Of a stretch of 64,000 bases of DNA, positions 29,789 through 39,338 are shown piece after piece. A program made the position numbers and the translations under genes. Each line of letters opens with the position of its first letter. The stretch's first letter is position 1. The notes under the pieces were generated by a model. It ran no database searches, was not told where the DNA came from, and saw only the letters and a list, made by a program, of their open reading frames with translations. The DNA comes from Candidatus Dojkabacteria bacterium (lineage in GTDB: Bacteria > Patescibacteriota > Dojkabacteria > B142 > OLB20): assembly GCA_035444565.1 (NCBI GenBank), contig DAOMOX010000001.1, forward strand, positions 322,335 to 386,334. Direction: 5' to 3'.

Positions 29789-30648
29789 ACAGGATTCGCC
29801 ACTACAACAAATCTATTCGCACTATTACCGTCAGGGTAACACGTGAAAAGTGTGAGAGTATCTTTGCCAATTTCTCCGGTAACTATTGAAACATCGTGAG
29901 GTTGTACAATCTTACTCTTTGCTACTCGATATTTGTATTCTTTTCCTTCCATCTTGACGATTACCTCATCACCAATTTTTACATTCTTTAATTCCGAGAA
30001 GGAAGCAGTTGGATCTTTTGTTCTTTCGTAATAATTTCCAGAAGCGCTATGACCATATATCACAGTATTATTTTTCATATCCGAGATTGGTAAGCCAGTA
30101 CCATTAAAATGTGCTAAACCACCTTCTAAGTAACTGTCATAAATTTCTTCTACTCCACTTTCGACATTTGCTATTACTCGAACGTCTTTAATGCCAAGTG
30201 ACGGAATTGATAATTGGAATTTACCTTTGTATTCATTACTAACTGGATCAGCTAAAAGTTGATTCGTTGCATAGGCTTCGTCTTTTAGCTCTTTAAAGTA
30301 TTCAGCTCCAGGGTTTGAAATGTACTCTGCTCTTGATACGTAGTTTTCGGAAGCAAGAGCAACATTTGTTGTATCGTAATAATCAACTTTTAGTTTTAGA
30401 TATTCTTTAAAATCAGGGAAGAATTGTTGATAAATCATTGTGAATCCCGCCACAATCAGAAAAACAGGAATCAATGCTCCAATGAATTTTGAGTTAATCA
30501 GGAATTCTTGAGTATTACCAACTACAGAAAATACAACATCACCAAGAGTAGTTTTCTTCTTTGGGAAATTATCATAATAATAGATGTTCGCCGAGGCAAC
30601 GGTGCCTACAGAGCGTACGGGGGCTTTAACGTACGAATACAGAGCCAT
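29785..30648 (-). CDS. Sortase family transpeptidase
   Basis: 287 aa. N-terminal TM. TVIYGHSAS (His) and C-terminal TLFTCYP (TLxTC catalytic Cys) motifs. Confidence 0.6.
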   Translation of the reverse strand: MALYSYVKAPVRSVGTVASANIYYYDNFPKKKTTLGDVVFSVVGNTQEFLINSKFIGALIPVFLIVAGFTMIYQQFFPDFKEYLKLKVDYYDTTNVALASENYVSRAEYISNPGAEYFKELKDEAYATNQLLADPVSNEYKGKFQLSIPSLGIKDVRVIANVESGVEEIYDSYLEGGLAHFNGTGLPISDMKNNTVIYGHSASGNYYERTKDPTASFSELKNVKIGDEVIVKMEGKEYKYRVAKSKIVQPHDVSIVTGEIGKDTLTLFTCYPDGNSANRFVVVANPV

Positions 30649-30805
30649 ATTCAGTAAAAAATAGTTAGTGCAAATAGTTTCCTAACGAAGAGTGCAAGTC
30701 CGCATTAGGTCGTAAAAATATAATACAATTTCCGTAAACAAATCTCAACAGATAAATGCATTTTATGATAGAATGATAGCAGTTTGTAACTCATAATCTT
30801 CTTCT

Positions 30806-31912
30806 ATGGCTATTAATCAAAAAATCAAAAAAGACGTAAAAGCTCTCGTCGTCAAAGGAAAAGAGCAAGGATATCTCACCCAAGATGAGGTTTTGGATGC
30901 ATTCCCTGACGTCGAGGAAGATATGAACCTTTTGGAATACATTATCTCTACCCTCCAGGAGGAAGAAGTAGAAATAATTGAACCGTTAGCAGAACTTCCC
31001 GAAGAAATTGTAGCTATTGTTCCAAACGCAAAGGGAATGACTTTTGAACAGAAAATCAAAATACTGAAGAAGATTCGATCACATGTTACAACTGATCCCA
31101 TCAGAGCATATTTACACGAAATTGGAAGAATTCCTTTATTAAACGCAGAAGAAGAAGTTATCTTAGCCAAGAGAATCGAAAAAGGTGATCAAGAAGCAAA
31201 AGACTTATTAACAACTGCCAATCTTCGTTTAGTTGTGTCCATTGCGAAGAAATATGCAAAAAGAGGTTTGGACTTACTAGATTTAATCCAAGAAGGAAAT
31301 ATCGGACTTATAAGAGCAGTAGAGAAATTCGAATACAGAAAAGGTTTCAAATTCTCTACATATGCAACTTGGTGGATTAGACAGGCTATTACCAGAGCGA
31401 TTGCAGACCAAGCTCGTACTATCCGAGTTCCCGTTCATATGATTGAAACAATCAATAAATTAAGTAAAGTCTCCAGTCAGTTAGCTGCCAAACTTGGACG
31501 CAGGCCCACCATTAAAGAAATCGCCGACGAAATGGATATTGATGTTGCAAAGGTAAACGAAATCATCCGAATCGCACAAAGACCGGCTTCCCTTGAGTCA
31601 CCTATTGGAGAAGAGAAAGATTCTAAATTAGGAGACATTATTCCTGATGAGTTTTCTGCATCCCCTACTGAAATTGCTACTTGGGCATCATTAAAAAAAC
31701 AAATCAATGAAATCCTTAGCGGATTAACAGATAGAGAAAGAAAAGTATTAGAACTCAGATTTGGATTAAAGGATGGTGTTTCAAGAACTCTAGAAGAAGT
31801 CGGCCACGAATTCAAAGTTACTAGAGAGCGTATCAGACAAATAGAAGCTAAAGCCTTAAAAAGACTCAAAAGTGAAGAAATCGCACAAGCACTCAAAGAT
31901 TATCTCAGATAA
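30806..31912 (+). CDS. rpoD: RNA polymerase sigma-70 factor (primary sigma)
   Basis: 368 aa. Regions 2-4 present ([34 protein letters not shown]...TRERIRQIE). Confidence 0.9.
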   Translation: MAINQKIKKDVKALVVKGKEQGYLTQDEVLDAFPDVEEDMNLLEYIISTLQEEEVEIIEPLAELPEEIVAIVPNAKGMTFEQKIKILKKIRSHVTTDPIRAYLHEIGRIPLLNAEEEVILAKRIEKGDQEAKDLLTTANLRLVVSIAKKYAKRGLDLLDLIQEGNIGLIRAVEKFEYRKGFKFSTYATWWIRQAITRAIADQARTIRVPVHMIETINKLSKVSSQLAAKLGRRPTIKEIADEMDIDVAKVNEIIRIAQRPASLESPIGEEKDSKLGDIIPDEFSASPTEIATWASLKKQINEILSGLTDRERKVLELRFGLKDGVSRTLEEVGHEFKVTRERIRQIEAKALKRLKSEEIAQALKDYLR

Positions 31913-32477
31913 TCCAGACACTGATGTTACACTTCTGAAAAACCAACTCCGGCAATCTTTGTTGGATATTCGCAGTGATATCCCTAATAAAGCGGACAAA
32001 TCCAAAAGCATCGTTAATACAATTCTTCAACTCCAAGAGTTAGTCTCCGCTAAAACAGTATTACTTTATTACCCAACTAAACAGGAGGTCGATATTTCTG
32101 CATTATTTCAGATACTACAAGAAAAAGGCAAAGTCATTTTTCTACCGAAAGTAAAAAATCATAAAATTGCAAAATTCTCTGCGGGGACTCCCCTCACAAA
32201 GAAAGATAAAGGAATCTATGAACCCGACATAAGAGTTAATAGAAACCCCGAAAAAGTTGATGTTGGCATAATTCCAGGACTTGGCTTTGATTCTCAAGGT
32301 AATAGAATCGGACATGGTGGTGGCTGGTATGACAGGATTTTTCATGAAATCAAATTTATATACATAATTGGTGTTTGTTTTGACTCCCAAATCATTTCTA
32401 AAGTCCCCACGGAGACACATGATAAATCTGTCGATGTGGTCATTACCGAAAAACGGATTATTAATACAAGATATTAG
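31872..32477 (+). CDS. 5-formyltetrahydrofolate cyclo-ligase
   Basis: [24 protein letters not shown] signature. Annotated start overlaps the rpoD 3' end, so the true start is uncertain. Confidence 0.7.
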   Translation: MKKSHKHSKIISDNPDTDVTLLKNQLRQSLLDIRSDIPNKADKSKSIVNTILQLQELVSAKTVLLYYPTKQEVDISALFQILQEKGKVIFLPKVKNHKIAKFSAGTPLTKKDKGIYEPDIRVNRNPEKVDVGIIPGLGFDSQGNRIGHGGGWYDRIFHEIKFIYIIGVCFDSQIISKVPTETHDKSVDVVITEKRIINTRY

Positions 32478-32537
32478 TGCGTTTTACTTATTTTTTTCTC
32501 GAGAACTGGTTATAATAAAATATATTTGTACCCATAG

Positions 32538-33881
32538 ATGAGGAAATTATTTAACGCACTAGTGATTGTGATTTTATTATCGCAAACTGCACTGACTGCA
32601 CACGCACAGGAAATCGAACCTTCCGCCACACCTGTCCCACAAGAGATAATTAATAAAGTGGTTAAGACTACTCCTGCAGACATACTTGTCTCGGGAGTTA
32701 ATAAATCAAACCAGCTTTCAGGTGAAATTGTTGCAGATTTTACAGAAATTCCTCCTAGTGCAGAAGTTCTTGACATTGATTTGATCTTCAATCAGGTCGG
32801 GACAAGTGAAGGCATTATTAAATTATTAAATAAGAGATCCTTTAGCATAATCGATAGCATTTCCTTGGGGAGAGAAGGTATCAAAACAACAACCCGTGTG
32901 GACACAACTGTAAAAGAGTGGATAACTAATCCAGAGAAGAATTTCGGGCTTGTATTTCAGACTAGTGAATTAGGAACTGATAGTGAAGTCACTTTTAGTG
33001 ATATCACATTCAACGTTGAGTATTACCTTCCTGATAGAACCAACCCAGAAATTACAAAACTAGACATAAAAATCGTTGATGCATTTACTACTCAAATTCA
33101 ATGGGAAACCAACGAACCTGTAATTGTGAATGTCAAATACGGAAAGACATCGAATTATGAAAAGGATGTGGCTGGTGAAATAGAGTTTGCAGATTCTGGG
33201 GTGGTGAGATTAACAGATTTGAGTGAAAACATCACCTACCATATGAAATTCTACGCAAAAGACTCTAGCGGAAATACCGCAGAAACAGCGAACACAGTTT
33301 TTACAACAAACAAAGGGACAACTACAAATGCCATCACCGAGGATCAAGCTGTACTCGCACCCAGATTATTAAATTACGAAATAGTCCCAGAAAAAAGCCA
33401 TTACAATGTTGAACTAGCCTGGTCAAAAAGTGAATCTACCAACATCACGGGTTATGTACTATTTCGAAACACTGGAGACGGAGAATATTCAGAATACTCA
33501 CGATTTGATAGTGCCGTTACTAGGTATACTGACACCAAGGCAGAATCGAACACCACTTACAGTTATTATGTTATCGCATATTCTGGTACTGTCCAATCAA
33601 GTCGTTCTCCGGTTGTACAAGTTAAAATCCCTGAGGGTTCGAACGTCTTGGGAATTGATAGTATGTTTGAGAGAGGGAATTCGAATTTAGCAATCTTCTT
33701 TATCTTGTCTGGATTCGCAATATTATTAGGAGTTAGCTACTTTGTCTGGAAAAAAGTCCGCCTCAACATGGCTTATAATGAAAAACTCAACCGACACTCT
33801 AGACTACACAATGTACTACACGACCCTGATTATTATATTAATGGGTACGAAGATTCTGTTATCGAGAAAGTAAGTGACTGA
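32538..33881 (+). CDS. Cell-surface protein with signal peptide, fibronectin type III-like domains and C-terminal TM anchor
   Basis: 447 aa. Signal peptide LTAHAQE. FN3-like segments. Hydrophobic LAIFFILSGFAILLGVSYFVW near the C-terminus. Confidence 0.45.
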   Translation: MRKLFNALVIVILLSQTALTAHAQEIEPSATPVPQEIINKVVKTTPADILVSGVNKSNQLSGEIVADFTEIPPSAEVLDIDLIFNQVGTSEGIIKLLNKRSFSIIDSISLGREGIKTTTRVDTTVKEWITNPEKNFGLVFQTSELGTDSEVTFSDITFNVEYYLPDRTNPEITKLDIKIVDAFTTQIQWETNEPVIVNVKYGKTSNYEKDVAGEIEFADSGVVRLTDLSENITYHMKFYAKDSSGNTAETANTVFTTNKGTTTNAITEDQAVLAPRLLNYEIVPEKSHYNVELAWSKSESTNITGYVLFRNTGDGEYSEYSRFDSAVTRYTDTKAESNTTYSYYVIAYSGTVQSSRSPVVQVKIPEGSNVLGIDSMFERGNSNLAIFFILSGFAILLGVSYFVWKKVRLNMAYNEKLNRHSRLHNVLHDPDYYINGYEDSVIEKVSD

Positions 33882-33949
33882 CAAGCACGAACTTTGGGCT
33901 TTGATATACGCCCAATCTATGGTAAAATTCCTTTGTTGTTTAGAAAATT

Positions 33950-34132
33950 ATGAAAAGAACTTATCAACCAAGCAAAATCAAAAGAATCAGAAAGTTCGGA
34001 TTTCGAGCTAGAATGGCTACAAAAGGTGGTCAAAATGTCTTGAAAAGCCGCAGAGCCAAAGGGAGACACTCACTTACCGCTTCAAACGAAATTATTGCAG
34101 ACAAAACAAAACGTTTTTCACGCAGTAGATAA
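33950..34132 (+). CDS. rpmH: 50S ribosomal protein L34
   Basis: [39 protein letters not shown] is the canonical L34. Confidence 0.85.
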   Translation: MKRTYQPSKIKRIRKFGFRARMATKGGQNVLKSRRAKGRHSLTASNEIIADKTKRFSRSR

Positions 34133-34136
34133 TTAA

Positions 34137-34484
34137 ATGCTCAAGCAACTCCAAAGAGTCCGACTAGAATCTGACTACAAATATATCCTAAATCGTGGGA
34201 AAAAATCTTATTCTCAATTTTTCTTGTTGTCGAAAGCCTACCAAAGAGAGAATTCTCTTGTCTCGAGTAGATTTGGCTTTATCACGAGTAAGAAAGTCGG
34301 GAAAGCCCACATCAGAAATAAACTGAGGCGTCAGTTTCGGGAAGTAATCAGAGCAGAAATCGATAATATCAAACCAGGTTTCGATATAGTCATCGTCGTC
34401 TCACCAAAGGCAGTTGGTGCAACATTCTCGGAAATACAAAAAGAGCTGTTAAAACAGCTCCGTTTGAATGATTTGTTGGAATAA
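34137..34484 (+). CDS. rnpA: RNase P protein component
   Basis: 115 aa. FGFITSKKVGKAHIRNKLRRQFRE matches the RnpA RNR motif. Directly downstream of rpmH. Confidence 0.8.
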   Translation: MLKQLQRVRLESDYKYILNRGKKSYSQFFLLSKAYQRENSLVSSRFGFITSKKVGKAHIRNKLRRQFREVIRAEIDNIKPGFDIVIVVSPKAVGATFSEIQKELLKQLRLNDLLE

Positions 34485-34487
34485 TCC

Positions 34488-34958
34488 TTACCAAGTCAAA
34501 TGACCGAACGCTTTGTTTGCTTCTGCCATTTTATGTGTATCTTCTCTCTTCTTGTATGCATTACCCTGTCTATTAATCGCTGACAAGGATTCATTGTATA
34601 ATGCTTCTGCGATTGGTTTTGAGCCTCTGGTATCTCTGGCTGCACCAACCAACCATCTCAATGCAAGATCAACTTGTCTTTTCTCTGAAACTGGAACTGG
34701 AACTTGATAGTTTGCTCCTCCGACTCTTCTAGATCTAACCTCAACCTTTGGTTTTAAATTCTCCATAACTTTGTCAAAAGCGGCCTTTGGTTCTAATTTG
34801 GTCTCTTTAGAAAGTTTATCTAACATTTCATAGACGATTTTTCTAGAGACGTCTTTTTTGCCATCAACCATCACGTAGTTAATCAGTTTCCCGAAGACTT
34901 CACTTCCGTAAACAGCATCGGGGGCAATTTTTCTAACTCTTATACTTTTTCCTCTCAT
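34488..34958 (-). CDS. rpsG: 30S ribosomal protein S7
   Basis: 156 aa. Canonical S7 sequence throughout. Confidence 0.9.
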   Translation of the reverse strand: MRGKSIRVRKIAPDAVYGSEVFGKLINYVMVDGKKDVSRKIVYEMLDKLSKETKLEPKAAFDKVMENLKPKVEVRSRRVGGANYQVPVPVSEKRQVDLALRWLVGAARDTRGSKPIAEALYNESLSAINRQGNAYKKREDTHKMAEANKAFGHLTW

Positions 34959-34975
34959 TTTATAAATTCAATAAA

Positions 34976-35419
34976 TTATTTAGGTTTTTTAGCACCATAT
35001 AATGACCTTGATGTTTTGCGTCCTTCTACACCAGCAGCATCATATCGACCACGAACTATCTGATATTTAACACCAGGTAAGTCAGGTCTTCTTCCAGCCC
35101 TTACAAGCACTACAGAGTGCTCCTGAAGGTTGTGTCCTTCTCCTGGGATGTAAGCTGTGATTTCCTGTTTATTAGAAAGTCTAACTCTAGCTACTTTACG
35201 CAAAGCAGAGTTAGGTTTCCTAGGTGTTCTAGTGAATACAGCAATACATACTCCCCTTCGAAGTGGATTTGATCGTTTTGTAAATTTGTTTTGTATGCTG
35301 TTGTAGTTGAACTGCAACTGCTTGTATTTAGTTGTTTCGCTGAAATTTAGACCCTTGTAGCGAACTATACCTCGCTTTTTTGATCTTCCTTTTCTAACTA
35401 ATTGTGATACTCTTGCCAT
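34976..35419 (-). CDS. rpsL: 30S ribosomal protein S12
   Basis: [13 protein letters not shown]...[24 protein letters not shown] signature. Lineage-specific N-terminal insertion. Confidence 0.9.
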   Translation of the reverse strand: MARVSQLVRKGRSKKRGIVRYKGLNFSETTKYKQLQFNYNSIQNKFTKRSNPLRRGVCIAVFTRTPRKPNSALRKVARVRLSNKQEITAYIPGEGHNLQEHSVVLVRAGRRPDLPGVKYQIVRGRYDAAGVEGRKTSRSLYGAKKPK

Positions 35420-35452
35420 AATTAAATTTGCTTTTTAAATTATTCAAAATTA

Positions 35453-38400
35453 TTAACGGACTTCGTCTCCTAATGGAACAGTCCTGCCGATTATAACATT
35501 TTCTTTCAATCCTCTCAAATAGTCGACCTTCCCAATCAAACCTGCTTCGCTTAATACCCTGACCTGTTGCTCGAATGAAGCAGCTGATAGGAAACTATCA
35601 GTTTTGATTGCAGCGAAGGTAATTCCGAGTAATTGTCGTTTACTTTTCACTGTTCTCTTTCCTTCGTTCTTCAACTGTTCGTTTAATTGTCTCAACTCGA
35701 TATGATCAGCATAGTCGCCTGGTAGATATTCAGAATCCCCTGCATCAGTCACTCTTGAGAATCTTGATACCTGTCTGACCACTACCTCAACATGCTTATC
35801 ATCAATACCAATACCTTGAATACCGTATGTTTCCTGTACATTATCGATAAGATATTGTTGAGCTTGTTTGATATCGTCAATCTTCATAATCTCTTTAGGA
35901 TCTTGTGATCCACTTGTAAGAGGTGTACCTTTAATGACATTATCTCCGTCTTCTATGTTTATGATTGCGTCTTCGTCTACTTCGTATTCGACTAAAAATT
36001 CTTTGTCGATGATGTAGATAATCTTATTACCATCTTTTGTGGCTTTACCTTCCATTTCTGCATTTACTTTTTCACCACCTTTTTTAACATAGATGACTTC
36101 ACCTTCTTTAAATTTCTTAGTTCTTTTCATCTCAGTAGTATCGCCTTCTTCCAATTCGTATACTTTTTGCATTTGCTTTCGGTTTGAAAGTCGGATTTTG
36201 TCTACTTTTTCAGTTTTATCCTTGAAAATGAATTCTACTTTTCCGTCAATCTCTGCCAAAACTGCTTTTCTCTTTGGAGTTCTAACCTCGAATAGCTCTT
36301 CTACTCTAGGAAGACCCTGAGTGATATCAGTTCCCGCTCTACCTGCAAGATGCTTGGTATTTAAAGTAAGCTGTGTTGCAGCCTCTCCCATGGATTGTGC
36401 TGCAATGATACCTACTGCGATACCTTTGTTAACTACTTTACGTGTACCAAGATCATATCCATAACATTTTTGACAGACTCCGTGCTTTGTTTCACAAGTC
36501 AATACTGATCGTACTTCAACTTGTTTCAGGTCAGTCTTAGCAATTAGTTCAGCCTTTTTCTGTGTAATTTCTTCATCTTTTTTAGCAATAATTTCTCCGG
36601 TTTTTGGATCTGCGATATTCTCACCAGCAAATCGACCAGTAATTCTCTCATCAAAACTCAATCTTCGAGTATTGTCTCTAACAATTGTAAAGCTGTTTTG
36701 AGTACCACAATCTTCTTCTTTTATAATCACATCTTGAGCAACGTCAACTAACCTTCTAGTCAAGTATCCTGATTCTGCAGTTCTAAGTGCAGTATCTGCA
36801 AGACCTTTTCTTGTTCCTCTAGCTGCCACAAAATATTCTAAGTTTGATAAACCTTGTTTGTAGTTAGATCTAAGTGGCAATTCGACGATATTACCTAGAG
36901 GATCAAGAATCAAACCTCTAATTCCAGAAATCTGTCGTAGTGGGTTTTGTACTGGAAGAGCTCCAGATTCTTGAAGAATCACCAAGTTGTTATTTGGATC
37001 TTCTGCATATTTTGCCCATGTAATCTCTGCTACCTTCTCTACCAAATCCATCCAGAGTTGTTCTGAAAGTCTTCTTTTCTCCTGGAGTGTCAAAAGACCA
37101 AGATTATAATCATTGTTTAATTGATTGTCTTTGTCTTCTACTTCATTTAGGAGCACGTCTTTTTGATCATCGATAACTAACTCATCTGTTCCAACTGAAA
37201 CGCCAGATTTGGTAGCGTATTTGAATCCTAATCCTTCGATTGAATCTAATACTTGAGTAGCTGTTTTTCTCCCGTATTTTTCTAATACTTTTGCAGAAAT
37301 CTTTGCTACGTCTTTTTTGTTTAATTGTTGATTAACATATCCATAACCTTCTGGAAGAATATCATTCAATAGTAATCTTCCAACGGTTGTTTCAACAATT
37401 TCGTTACCAATCAACACTTTAATTTTATCTCTTAGGTGAAGTTGGCCGTTTTCATATTTACCAACTGCTTCGTTTTCAGAAGCGAAATATTTCACTTCTT
37501 TGTTATCGTTTACACCTGTTAAGTAGTAAATCCCCAAAGCCATATCTTTCTCTACATTTACAACTGGCTGACCATCAGCACTAAGTAGTAAATTACTTTC
37601 GGCAAACATTTTGTCTATTGCTTCTTCTATTGCTTTCTTTGACAATGGAACATGAACTGCCATTTGATCTCCATCAAAGTCAGCATTGAATCCTTTACAT
37701 ACCATAGGGTGCAGTCTGATAGCATCACCTTCAGTAAGGACAGGGAAGAATGCTTGAATACCTTGTTTGTGGAGAGTAGGAGCTCTGTTCAATAGAACTG
37801 GTCTGTTTTGAATAACTCTTTCTAGAATATCCCAAACTTCAGTACTTTTTGATTCGAAGAAGTGCTTTGCACTCTTGATATTAGGTGCCAATCCATCAGC
37901 AATAATTTCTCTCAAAACGAATGGTTTGAATAATTCCAATGCCATTGTTTTTGGAAGTCCACATTGACTGATTTTTAAGTCTGGACCTGGAATGATTACC
38001 GATCTACCAGAATAATCCACACGTTTACCTAACAAGTTTTGTCTGAATCGACCTTGTTTACCTCTCAACATATCAGAGAGGGATTTGTAAGGTTGACCTC
38101 TTGAGTTTAATACAGCATTACCAGGTCGATGATCGTTATCTACCAAGGCATCAACTGATTCTTGAAGCATTCTTTTCTCATTTCTAAGAATGATTTCAGG
38201 TGCTCCTAAATCAATAAGTCTTTTCAACCTGTTATTTCTGTTTATAACTCTTCTGTACAAGTCATTCAAATCCGATGTAGCAAATCGTCCTCCTGGAAGT
38301 TGGATAATTGGTCTTAAATCTGGCGGGATTACAGGTAACATAGAAACAATCAACCATGTAGAGTCGATTCCCGCTCGATACATGCCCTCTATTACTCTCA

Positions 38401-39304
38401 ACCTCTGAATAATTTTTCTTTTCTTTAATGCTGATTTTGTAGTTTCTTTTTCTTCTTCAAGTTTTTTCAGCTCGTCTTCTAGATTAATTTTTTCTAATAC
38501 TTTCTTTACAGCCTCTGCACCCATTTCTACGGTCATGAAACTTGTGTCGAACCCATACAATTTAGCTAAATCGTCTTCTGAAAGTGTAGATTTTTCTTCT
38601 AAATCTTTAATCAAGCTTGTAATCTCACTGTACTTGTTCTTCGTAGATTCTTCCTTCTGAGAAAAAATTGACTTCATCTTTGCTTTTTCTTTTTTGAAGT
38701 CGTTATTAATTTTCTCTAATTTGAACTCTACTTTAGATTTATCTTTAGCTTCATCCTTTACTTCTTTTACTTTTGTATCATATTCCTTTTGCAATTCATC
38801 AAGTTTGTCTTCTAATTCCTTTTTGATGCTTAGTGTTTCTTCTTCTTTTGCTTTCTTAATCTCTTCTAGAACAGTTTTCTTAGCTTCATGATCAATTTCG
38901 GTAACCAAATATCTAGCAAAGTAAATAACTGTTTCTAATTTTTTCTGAGGAATACCCAATAAAAGAGACATTTTATTTGGAACTCCATGTGAATACCAAA
39001 CGTGAGTTACAGGGGAAGCAAGTTTAATATGGCCCATTCTCTCTCTTCGAACTCTCTTGTGTGTGACTTCAACTCCGCATTTGTCGCAAATAATGCCCTT
39101 GTATCGAATTTTCTTGTACTTTCCGCAATAACATTCAAAGTTTTTGGTTGGACCAAATATTTTCTCGTCCATCAAGCCATCAACTTCAGCCCTGTGTGTT
39201 CTGTAGTTAATTGTTTCGGCTTTTCGTACTTCTCCGTGAGACCAACTCATTATCTGCTGTGGTGAAGCTACTGTTATTTTGAGTGCTTTAAAATCTTTGA
39301 TCAT
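35453..39304 (-). CDS. rpoC: DNA-directed RNA polymerase subunit beta'
   Basis: 1283 aa. Zinc-binding CYCGKY...CDKCGV. Catalytic NADFDGDQMAVH. Confidence 0.95.
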   Translation of the reverse strand: MIKDFKALKITVASPQQIMSWSHGEVRKAETINYRTHRAEVDGLMDEKIFGPTKNFECYCGKYKKIRYKGIICDKCGVEVTHKRVRRERMGHIKLASPVTHVWYSHGVPNKMSLLLGIPQKKLETVIYFARYLVTEIDHEAKKTVLEEIKKAKEEETLSIKKELEDKLDELQKEYDTKVKEVKDEAKDKSKVEFKLEKINNDFKKEKAKMKSIFSQKEESTKNKYSEITSLIKDLEEKSTLSEDDLAKLYGFDTSFMTVEMGAEAVKKVLEKINLEDELKKLEEEKETTKSALKKRKIIQRLRVIEGMYRAGIDSTWLIVSMLPVIPPDLRPIIQLPGGRFATSDLNDLYRRVINRNNRLKRLIDLGAPEIILRNEKRMLQESVDALVDNDHRPGNAVLNSRGQPYKSLSDMLRGKQGRFRQNLLGKRVDYSGRSVIIPGPDLKISQCGLPKTMALELFKPFVLREIIADGLAPNIKSAKHFFESKSTEVWDILERVIQNRPVLLNRAPTLHKQGIQAFFPVLTEGDAIRLHPMVCKGFNADFDGDQMAVHVPLSKKAIEEAIDKMFAESNLLLSADGQPVVNVEKDMALGIYYLTGVNDNKEVKYFASENEAVGKYENGQLHLRDKIKVLIGNEIVETTVGRLLLNDILPEGYGYVNQQLNKKDVAKISAKVLEKYGRKTATQVLDSIEGLGFKYATKSGVSVGTDELVIDDQKDVLLNEVEDKDNQLNNDYNLGLLTLQEKRRLSEQLWMDLVEKVAEITWAKYAEDPNNNLVILQESGALPVQNPLRQISGIRGLILDPLGNIVELPLRSNYKQGLSNLEYFVAARGTRKGLADTALRTAESGYLTRRLVDVAQDVIIKEEDCGTQNSFTIVRDNTRRLSFDERITGRFAGENIADPKTGEIIAKKDEEITQKKAELIAKTDLKQVEVRSVLTCETKHGVCQKCYGYDLGTRKVVNKGIAVGIIAAQSMGEAATQLTLNTKHLAGRAGTDITQGLPRVEELFEVRTPKRKAVLAEIDGKVEFIFKDKTEKVDKIRLSNRKQMQKVYELEEGDTTEMKRTKKFKEGEVIYVKKGGEKVNAEMEGKATKDGNKIIYIIDKEFLVEYEVDEDAIINIEDGDNVIKGTPLTSGSQDPKEIMKIDDIKQAQQYLIDNVQETYGIQGIGIDDKHVEVVVRQVSRFSRVTDAGDSEYLPGDYADHIELRQLNEQLKNEGKRTVKSKRQLLGITFAAIKTDSFLSAASFEQQVRVLSEAGLIGKVDYLRGLKENVIIGRTVPLGDEVR

Positions 39305-39338
39305 TTTTCTAATTAAGATAACTAATTAAAATATTTAA

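Noticed and set aside
31872-31912. 41-bp overlap between the rpoD 3' end and the annotated start of the 5-formyltetrahydrofolate cyclo-ligase as evidence of a frameshift or fusion
   Set aside because: The frames differ and both proteins are complete. More likely the ligase uses a downstream or non-ATG start that I cannot pin down by eye.
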